DNA of 20,732 nucleotides from Alphaproteobacteria bacterium (GTDB lineage Bacteria; Pseudomonadota; Alphaproteobacteria; JBFXJJ01): NCBI GenBank assembly GCA_050175015.1, contig JBFXJJ010000023.1, positions 1 to 20,732 of the forward strand, read 5' to 3'. Shown piece by piece: positions 1 to 5,742 of this stretch (position 1 is its first letter; each line of letters starts with the position of its first letter). The notes under the pieces were generated by a model. It saw only the letters and a program-made list of their open reading frames with translations, ran no database searches and was not told where the DNA came from. The position numbers and the translations under genes were made by a program.

Positions 1-1849
1 CAACACAGCGGTTGCCCTCCAAAACCGCACAGCCCGTACAAATATTGGCGGCACAGTTGCCAACAAAATTAGGATAAGAGGCACATTCGGTGATGCACCA
101 AGTGTTATCAAAATCCCAGCTGCCAAACGTTGATTGATGCTTCATATCTGCCGTTATCTTGCTGACACCTAAAGCGCTTGAGGATTGTCCTGTCGTCTCG
201 CTGTCATAATAGCTGTTCTCCGCCGTCGAGGTCAGCGCCATTCCAACTAGGCCGCCTACACCAGATGAACCCGAAACCGCACCTTTGGCATAGCTGTTGC
301 TTATCTTGGCATCGTCTCTGGCATAGCCAACCAGACCGCCAACCGCAGAGCCGCTGCCATTAACACTGGAAACCGAAAAACTGTCCGAAATCGCTGAACC
401 GCTGTATAAATAACCTACTAAACCGCCAACATTACTGCCGCCGTTTACCGTTCCCATTGAATAACTCGAACTTAATGTCGAGGTACTGTGCATATTGCCG
501 ACTATTCCGCCAACATACGAAGAACCTGTTACAGGTGATGATGAATAGCTGTTGGAGATGTTAATTTTTGCTCCAGCAGAACCAACGATACCACCAACAA
601 AAACTGTGTCGCTAGCAACACTTCCTGTAGAATAGCTATTCGTTATCGAAGACATTTCACTCATAACTCCAGCTAACCCTCCAGCGTAAGATCCTTTTGC
701 ATAGATATTTGCTGTGGAATAGCTATTGCTTATCGTTGAGCGGCCATCGAGCTGACCAACTAAGCCTCCAACTAAACTGCTGTCATATGGAGACACAAGA
801 TTTGGGGCTCTTATACTGCCAGAAGATGAGCAATTATAAATGGAAGTTTTAGCATGAGCATAAGCTGCAATAGAACCAACTGGGCGTCCACCATTAATGT
901 TGACATTATTCATTTTCACATTCTGAATGGTGGCTCCAATAGTTATTTTAAAAAGCCCAGCCCAGCAATTTGAACAAGTTATTGTAAAGTTATTGATATT
1001 ATAATTTTTGCCATCAAAAAAACCTGTGAAAGCACTAGAAAAAGTATCGCCTATAGGAGAAAAATTGATACCACTGCAATTAATGTCATTTGCTAGTTGA
1101 TAATTGCCAGAAAGGTTGTTTTTCATATTTTGTAACTGAGTGCAATTAGAAATCATATTCCAAGACATAGCGCTGCAAAAGGCAGGATATGAAACATTTT
1201 CTCTAATGCACCATAAACTATTAGCAAAATCCCAGCCCTCAAAAGTAGCTTGTTGTTTTAGCTCGGCGGTAGTTCGTCCTTCACCCAGTGCAGAAGTCGT
1301 TTGTCCTGATGTTTCAGTGTCCCAATAACTATGAACAGCTGTAGAATTATTATAAGTGCCGACTAAACCACCAACATATGCTCCGTCGCCAGAAACTTTG
1401 GCTGTAGAATAACAGTTGATAATATTAGAATCTGTTGCTGCCACAACCAGAGCGGCCGCACTTAAGGTTGAATTAATTTCACCAGAAACATAACAATTGG
1501 AAATTGTTGTACTATATGCATAACCAACTAAGGATGCTCCGTTATTTAAACCTGTAATTTTAGCATTAACAATGCCTAAATTCTTTATTGTCGCCCCTTT
1601 TGTCCTTGTAAAGATGCCTGTTTGCCATAGTTCCATATCATTCATAGTTAAGTTGAAAATACGGTGATTTCTGCCGTCAAGAGTACCTGTAAAAAAGTTT
1701 ATCCCATCACGTGCAAGGGATAAAAAATTGCCATAGGAACTGCAGTCAATATCATTTGCTAAATAATAGCTTCCTGCTAAATTGTTTCCGATGTTGTGTA
1801 GCCCAGCACAGGTTGTAATGGCTGTCTGACTATAACCATAACTAGGATA
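1..1849 (-). CDS. Headless body of secreted GLUG-repeat / Cys-rich surface protein 1 (3' end runs off the window; 5' leader lies inverted at 2322-2393)
   Basis: Absent from the ORF track. I translated it by hand: the frame is stop-free from 1849 to the window edge (616 codons). It reads YPSYGYSQTAITTCAGLHNIGNNLAGSYYLANDIDCS...FTGTLDGRNHRIFNL..., then many (V/A)GG(L/I)VG GLUG-type motifs, YWDTETSGQTTS, GWDF...WCI, and ends NICTGCAVLEGNRCV. The nearest upstream in-frame stop is TAA at 1900-1898, with no ATG/GTG/TTG until an internal ATG at 1645. Confidence 0.9.
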
Positions 1850-1851
1850 TA
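1831..1851. repeat. Left recombination site of switch 1: TATAACC-ATAACTA-GGATATA
   Basis: Imperfect 7-bp dyad arms (6/7) around a 7-bp spacer. The inverted copy is at 2374-2394. Confidence 0.85.
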
Positions 1852-1902
1852 GTCGGTAATATGATATCTTTTGGTAAAAACAGGTCTTAAATAAATATTA
1901 AA

Positions 1903-1915
1903 AATCAATATGTTA
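1903..1915 (+). promoter_or_regulatory. IHF-consensus site (AATCAATATGTTA)
   Basis: Perfect match to WATCAANNNNTTR with an A/T-rich 5' flank. It lies 71 bp from the IR start, the same offset as the site at 5046 in switch 2. Confidence 0.6.
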
Positions 1916-1968
1916 TATGTTTTATAAGTTTTTGTATATGAATTGTTAAAAAGTTTTTTTCTAAAAAT

Positions 1969-1986
1969 GTTACCTATTTGCTACCC
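1969..1986 (+). repeat. GTTACC(C)-type direct repeat pair A, switch 1
   Basis: GTTACCT at 1969 and GCTACCC at 1980, 11-bp period. Confidence 0.65.
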
Positions 1987-2020
1987 TAAAATTTTAAATA
2001 TTTATATAAAAACAATTAAA

Positions 2021-2033
2021 TATCAATATGCTA
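2021..2033 (+). promoter_or_regulatory. IHF-like site (TATCAATATGCTA)
   Basis: One mismatch to WATCAANNNNTTR. Offset 189 from the IR start, identical to the site at 5164 in switch 2. Confidence 0.55.
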
Positions 2034-2076
2034 TATAGAAGATATGGTTGCGCTTATATTATTTATATTGATATAA

Positions 2077-2094
2077 GTTACCCTGATGTTACCC
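2077..2094 (+). repeat. GTTACCC direct repeat pair B, switch 1
   Basis: GTTACCC at 2077 and 2088, 11-bp period. Confidence 0.75.
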
Positions 2095-2250
2095 ATTTAA
2101 AAATTTATATAAAAACATAATAAATTCATATAGTTATTTTGTTGCGTTTTTTTAAAATATTGAAGTTAAAGACTGTTAAAAAATAATAACAAAATAAAGT
2201 AATAAGATTTTTTCTAATATTTACCTGAGATAAACGTAAAGATATTATTC

Positions 2251-2314
2251 TTGCCAACACAGCGAAATAGCTGCAAAATAAATCCAAGTATAATGATGTT
2301 TTTTTAGGAAGGGA
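2251..2314 (+). promoter_or_regulatory. Putative sigma70-type promoter and RBS inside switch 1
   Basis: TTGCCA(2251)-N17-CAAAAT(2274), a further TATAAT at 2289, and RBS AGGAAGGGA at 2306-2314. The same layout is conserved in switch 2. Confidence 0.55.
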
Positions 2315-2321
2315 TATGACT

Positions 2322-2444
2322 ATGTGTAATAAAATAAAGCTTAAAGCTCTAATATTTTTATTAGTAATTCAGATGTATCCTAGTTATGGTTATCATTTAT
2401 TGTTAAAAAATGTTACAAAACCTAATATATTATCTTTTTGTTAA
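2322..2444 (+). CDS. Inverted 5' leader (Sec signal peptide) of GLUG protein 1; OFF-state product is a 40-aa dead-end peptide
   Basis: MCNKIKLKALIFLLVIQMYPSYGY-HLLLKNVTKPNILSFC*: basic n-region, hydrophobic h-region, strong RBS. An alternative in-frame ATG is at 2316. Confidence 0.8.
   Translation: MCNKIKLKALIFLLVIQMYPSYGYHLLLKNVTKPNILSFC
2374..2394. repeat. Right recombination site of switch 1: TGTATCC-TAGTTAT-GGTTATC
   Basis: Inverted copy of 1831-1851 with an identical spacer. Confidence 0.85.
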
Positions 2445-2636
2445 ATTTTTATTATCTGTATATCTTTTATATTATTTTTCATATTTAAGCAATATTTTTA
2501 TTATATTTAAAGTAAGACTCGGCTTAATCATTGTTGTTTTAACAAAAAAATCTTTTTTTGTTAACAAAGCATACGTTTAAAAACTAGTTATTAATAGGCT
2601 GTAATAAAAAAATTATGATTAGACTTTTAAATTAAT

Positions 2637-2685
2637 AAAAAAACGAGGGAGCAAAAATTGTTTCAAAAAGCTTCCTCGTTTTTTT
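2637..2685. terminator. Bidirectional rho-independent terminator
   Basis: AAAAAAACGAGGGAGC...GCTTCCTCGTTTTTTT stem-loop with A/T tracts on both sides. It lies between the end of GLUG gene 2 (-) and the OFF-state leader ORF of switch 1 (+). Confidence 0.7.
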
Positions 2686-2754
2686 AATCAGGGTTTGTTC
2701 TTGCAAAGTTTTAGATTACATAAGCCTCCTTTCAGTTTTTGAAAAATATAAATC

Positions 2755-4995
2755 TTAATTTTCGCCTTCTTCTTTTCCGGCAACACCTGCATAAGCGCTA
2801 TTTGTGATGCGGTTCATTTTGCGCTTAATGCGATTATATCTGCTTTCTGGGGTTTCTGATGTTGTCTTGCTTTTTGTGTCGATAACTCCTTTAGTTGAAA
2901 TCAGGCTTTTTTTAGCGCACGTGTTGCTGGCTGAGTTCCATAGTTTTCCGTCGCTGCAAAGGCAGACCCCATTATGGTAAGTTGAACCGCTAGGGCAGCT
3001 TTCACACGATCCGCTAACCCAAACTTTGTTAGTTGAGCTGCAGTTGGAGCAAAAGGCATTGTATTGTCCAGCATTAATACATTTATCAACGCCGCATTCG
3101 CCATCGCTTTCACATAAAGGTTCAACACAATTTCCTGAACCGTCTGAGACAAAGCCGTCATCACAAGTGCACTGCATATTAACAGCGCAAGATACACAAT
3201 CGTAATTAGAGTTACACATCATTCCTTTTGTCTGGCATATCCCAGAAAGTCCGCTGGTAGAAGAACAAGCTTTGCAGTTGCTGCTGCGCCAATATGGAAG
3301 CACACTAGAACAGCAAGATAGCGTTGAGCGGTTGCAAGCCACACCTGATGGGCATAAGTCATCGCTGTAACTACAAGAGTTAGCACCCGTTGCCATATTA
3401 CATTCGCCGATACAGCAAACACTGTTATTCATACAAGTGCCTGTTCCGGTTGGTTTTTGAGAAGTTCCACAGCCGCAAGAGCCGCAACTTTCCGAAGCAT
3501 CGCAATCTATGCACGTTCCCGTTCCTGAGCAACTTCTGCCTGCATTACAGCTATCTGCGGAACACTCGCATACGCCGTTATTGTTGCTAACTATGCAGTT
3601 AGGGTGTTCGCCCGAACAACTACTGCCAGGAATACATACGCCGCCACTTAAAACCGCACAGCCAGAGCAAGTAACGCACGCAGAATTGCCTTGAAATACA
3701 GGATAGCTGCTTGGAGGCATACACCAAACATTTTCAAAATCCCAACCTGAAAAAGTGCTTTGCACTTTCATCTCAGCTGTGGTTTTGCCGATACCTCCAG
3801 CACTAGATGTCATACCTGTTGTTTGTTTATCCCAATAGCTGAAGCTGCTGGTCAATGAACTTGCGCTCCCGATTAAACCGCCAACACTGCTCGATCCTGA
3901 TACCGCCCCGACGGCATAACTGTTAATAACAGAAGAGCTTTCAACTCTGCCGATTAACCCGCCGATATGGTTGTGTCCTGTAACTTTTCCTGTTGTATAG
4001 CAGTTGGTTACACTGGAGCTGTTTTGTATTTTGCCTGCCAAACCGCCTGCCCAGTCATCACCACTGCCGCGGCTGCTTATAATATTGCCAGTAGCATAGC
4101 ATTTGCTGATAGAAGTATTATTGCCTCTTCCTACAATACCTCCCAAATAGTCATCACCTGTTATGCTTCCTTTGCTATAGCTGTTTTTAATAACAGAAGC
4201 TTCGGCATAACCAGCAATCAAACCAAGGTGAAAATTACCATAAATGCTTCCTGTGGTATAACAGTTATCCACGGTTGAATTTAATAGTTTGCCAACGAGG
4301 GCGCCCATATAATCATCACCTGAGCCGTGGTTTGTTAAAGAACCTGTTGCATAAGAAGAGCTAATAGTTACCCCAGAAGCATAACCAATTAAACCGCCAA
4401 CAAAATCATCCCCGTCGATAGCTGCTTTAGAGAAACTTCCGGTTGTTGTTCCTCCTGTAGTATAGCCAACAAGCCCTCCAATATAATGGCCAACACCATA
4501 TACGGCACCTGTGGTATAACTGCCAGTTATATTAAGTGTTCCTGTCGCATACCCGACTAATCCTCCTGCAAAATCATTGGAACCACCAGTTGATTTGACT
4601 GTTCCTTTAGAATAACAGTTGCTAATGTTAGTTGTTCCTAAAGATTGTCCTGCAATGGCTCCGATATAATCTCCGCCACCAGAATAAATATACGTGTTTT
4701 CAAAACCAAGATTGCTGATGTTGGCACTATTAACATAACCAAATAATCCTTGATAATTAGCTCCACGGTTAATATAAAAACTTATAATTTTATATCCCTT
4801 GCCATCTAAGGTGCCAATAAAAGGGCTTGAGCTGCTGCCAATAGGAGCAAAACCTTGTCCTGAGTTCCAGCTTGAGGTTGCACTGCAATCAATATCGCCT
4901 GATAAGTAGTAGCTGCCCGCAAGATTGTTTTTAATTGCTTGAAGTTCGGTACAGCTTGTAATTGCTGTTTGACTATAACCGTAATAAGGATATAT
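2755..4995 (-). CDS. Headless body of secreted GLUG-repeat / Cys-rich (EGF-like) surface protein 2; 763 aa when fused to its inverted leader
   Basis: The track ORF 2755..4308 extends 229 stop-free codons upstream: IYPYYGYSQTAITSCTELQAIKNNLAGSYYLSGDIDCSATSSWNSGQGFAPIGSSSSPFIGTLDGKGYKI...GLFG... No start codon occurs before the in-frame TAA at 5058-5056. It has multiple GGL(V/I)G repeats, YWDKQTTG, GWDFENVW, and about 260 aa rich in Cys. Confidence 0.9.
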   Translation of the reverse strand: MYPYYGYSQTAITSCTELQAIKNNLAGSYYLSGDIDCSATSSWNSGQGFAPIGSSSSPFIGTLDGKGYKIISFYINRGANYQGLFGYVNSANISNLGFENTYIYSGGGDYIGAIAGQSLGTTNISNCYSKGTVKSTGGSNDFAGGLVGYATGTLNITGSYTTGAVYGVGHYIGGLVGYTTGGTTTGSFSKAAIDGDDFVGGLIGYASGVTISSSYATGSLTNHGSGDDYMGALVGKLLNSTVDNCYTTGSIYGNFHLGLIAGYAEASVIKNSYSKGSITGDDYLGGIVGRGNNTSISKCYATGNIISSRGSGDDWAGGLAGKIQNSSSVTNCYTTGKVTGHNHIGGLIGRVESSSVINSYAVGAVSGSSSVGGLIGSASSLTSSFSYWDKQTTGMTSSAGGIGKTTAEMKVQSTFSGWDFENVWCMPPSSYPVFQGNSACVTCSGCAVLSGGVCIPGSSCSGEHPNCIVSNNNGVCECSADSCNAGRSCSGTGTCIDCDASESCGSCGCGTSQKPTGTGTCMNNSVCCIGECNMATGANSCSYSDDLCPSGVACNRSTLSCCSSVLPYWRSSNCKACSSTSGLSGICQTKGMMCNSNYDCVSCAVNMQCTCDDGFVSDGSGNCVEPLCESDGECGVDKCINAGQYNAFCSNCSSTNKVWVSGSCESCPSGSTYHNGVCLCSDGKLWNSASNTCAKKSLISTKGVIDTKSKTTSETPESRYNRIKRKMNRITNSAYAGVAGKEEGEN
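4974..4994. repeat. Left recombination site of switch 2: TATAACC-GTAATAA-GGATATA
   Basis: Arms identical to 1831-1851, with a different 7-bp spacer. Confidence 0.85.
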
Positions 4996-5045
4996 CCATA
5001 AAAAACAGGGTATTATGCTTTTTTGTTGATTAAAAAAACATTTAA

Positions 5046-5058
5046 AATCAAAGTGTTA
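5046..5058 (+). promoter_or_regulatory. IHF-consensus site (AATCAAAGTGTTA)
   Basis: Perfect WATCAANNNNTTR match, offset 71 from the IR start. Confidence 0.6.
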
Positions 5059-5110
5059 TTTTTTATAACAAAAAATAACAAAAATATTTATGAAAAAAAT
5101 GTTATAAATA

Positions 5111-5128
5111 AATACCCATATGTTACCC
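5111..5128 (+). repeat. GTTACCC-type direct repeat pair A, switch 2
   Basis: AATACCC at 5111 and GTTACCC at 5122, 11-bp period. Confidence 0.65.
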
Positions 5129-5163
5129 AGTTAAAAATGATTTTTTGATAAAAAAACATTTAA

Positions 5164-5176
5164 TATCAGTATGTTA
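5164..5176 (+). promoter_or_regulatory. IHF-like site (TATCAGTATGTTA)
   Basis: One mismatch to consensus, offset 189 from the IR start. Confidence 0.55.
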
Positions 5177-5220
5177 TATTAATATTTAAAGAAGCAAGCA
5201 AGATTATTTATAAATGCACC

Positions 5221-5238
5221 GTTACCCCTTTGTTACCC
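5221..5238 (+). repeat. GTTACCC direct repeat pair B, switch 2
   Basis: GTTACCC at 5221 and 5232, 11-bp period. Confidence 0.75.
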
Positions 5239-5406
5239 ATAACTATAATAAAAAAATAAACACAATAAAAACAATTGGTTAATTATATTTTTTTTGGTGT
5301 TAAATTTTTTAAAAAAATTGTTATCAGGCTTTTTTATCAGTTTTAGAAACAATGGCGTTTGTTGAAAATATATGGTCAATCCTCCAAGATGAAATGTCTT
5401 TTAATC

Positions 5407-5479
5407 TTGCAATACTGTTGAATTTGTATCAGAATAAATTTAATTAAAAACAAAAATATATAATTATTATAGGAAAGGA
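5407..5479 (+). promoter_or_regulatory. Putative sigma70-type promoter and RBS inside switch 2
   Basis: TTGCAA(5407)-N17-CAGAAT(5430), TATAAT at 5459, and RBS AGGAAAGGA at 5471-5479. Confidence 0.55.
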
Positions 5480-5486
5480 CAAGACC

Positions 5487-5582
5487 ATGTTTAGTAAAAT
5501 AAAGTTTATAGGTCTGTTGTTTTTGATAATAACCTTAATATATCCTTATTACAGTTATGATTATATTTGTAAAAAATGTTAA
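5487..5582 (+). CDS. Inverted 5' leader (Sec signal peptide) of GLUG protein 2; OFF-state product is a 31-aa dead-end peptide
   Basis: MFSKIKFIGLLFLIITLIYPYYSY-DYICKKC*, paralogous to leader 1, with a strong RBS. Confidence 0.8.
   Translation: MFSKIKFIGLLFLIITLIYPYYSYDYICKKC
5539..5559. repeat. Right recombination site of switch 2: TATATCC-TTATTAC-AGTTATG
   Basis: Inverted copy of 4974-4994 with an identical spacer. The mismatches are in the outer arm. Confidence 0.85.
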
Positions 5583-5742
5583 ATGTTTGTTTTTTATTTG
5601 ATTATTTTTGTATAAAACTGTTACAAATGATTCAAAAAAGAATCAATTAAAACGAATCCGACCTCAAATAATTAAGGTTAAGACCTCTTCCTAAATATAG
5701 CAAAAGCAAAATAGTCTAATGATGCAGACTAGGGAAATGTCA

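Larger units (their letters stand above)
1832..2393. mobile_element. Invertible DNA segment 1 (562 bp phase-variation switch carrying promoter, RBS and signal-peptide leader), OFF orientation
   Basis: Bounded by a perfect 18-bp inverted repeat, ATAACCATAACTAGGATA (1832-1849) / TATCCTAGTTATGGTTAT (2376-2393). Both copies encode YPSYGY in the reading frames of the gene body (-) and the leader (+). Confidence 0.88.
4975..5558. mobile_element. Invertible DNA segment 2 (584 bp switch carrying promoter, RBS and signal-peptide leader), OFF orientation
   Basis: 20/21-bp inverted repeat, ATAACCGTAATAAGGATATAT (4975-4995) / ATATATCCTTATTACAGTTAT (5538-5558), encoding IYPYY(G/S)Y in frame on both sides. 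Confidence 0.88.

Noticed and set aside
1969-2094. GTTACCC repeats as DnaA boxes or iterons of a replication origin
   Set aside because: They do not match TTATCCACA, no rep or dnaA gene is nearby, and their positions track the IRs.
1832-2393. MITE or IS remnants as the explanation for the IR-bounded segments
   Set aside because: There are no target-site duplications or transposase, the IRs differ between copies, and they are part of the coding frame.
178-4278. Short track ORFs at 178, 1140, 2901, 3219, 3390, 3509 and 3967
   Set aside because: Antisense or alternate-frame shadows of the two GLUG genes, with no recognisable motifs.
2755-4308. Track start ATG 4308 as the true start of GLUG gene 2
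   Set aside because: It falls mid-repeat (DDY-M-GALVG) with no signal peptide, and the frame continues for 229 homologous codons upstream.
1-4995. Interpreting the two start-less GLUG ORFs as decayed pseudogenes
   Set aside because: Both are free of internal stops over 616 and 746 codons, and each has an intact in-frame leader behind a matching inverted repeat.
1831-5559. Shufflon-like exchange of leaders between the two genes
   Set aside because: It would be in frame, but the 7-bp spacers differ at 3 positions and each gene has its own leader. Independent switches fit better. Not formally excluded.
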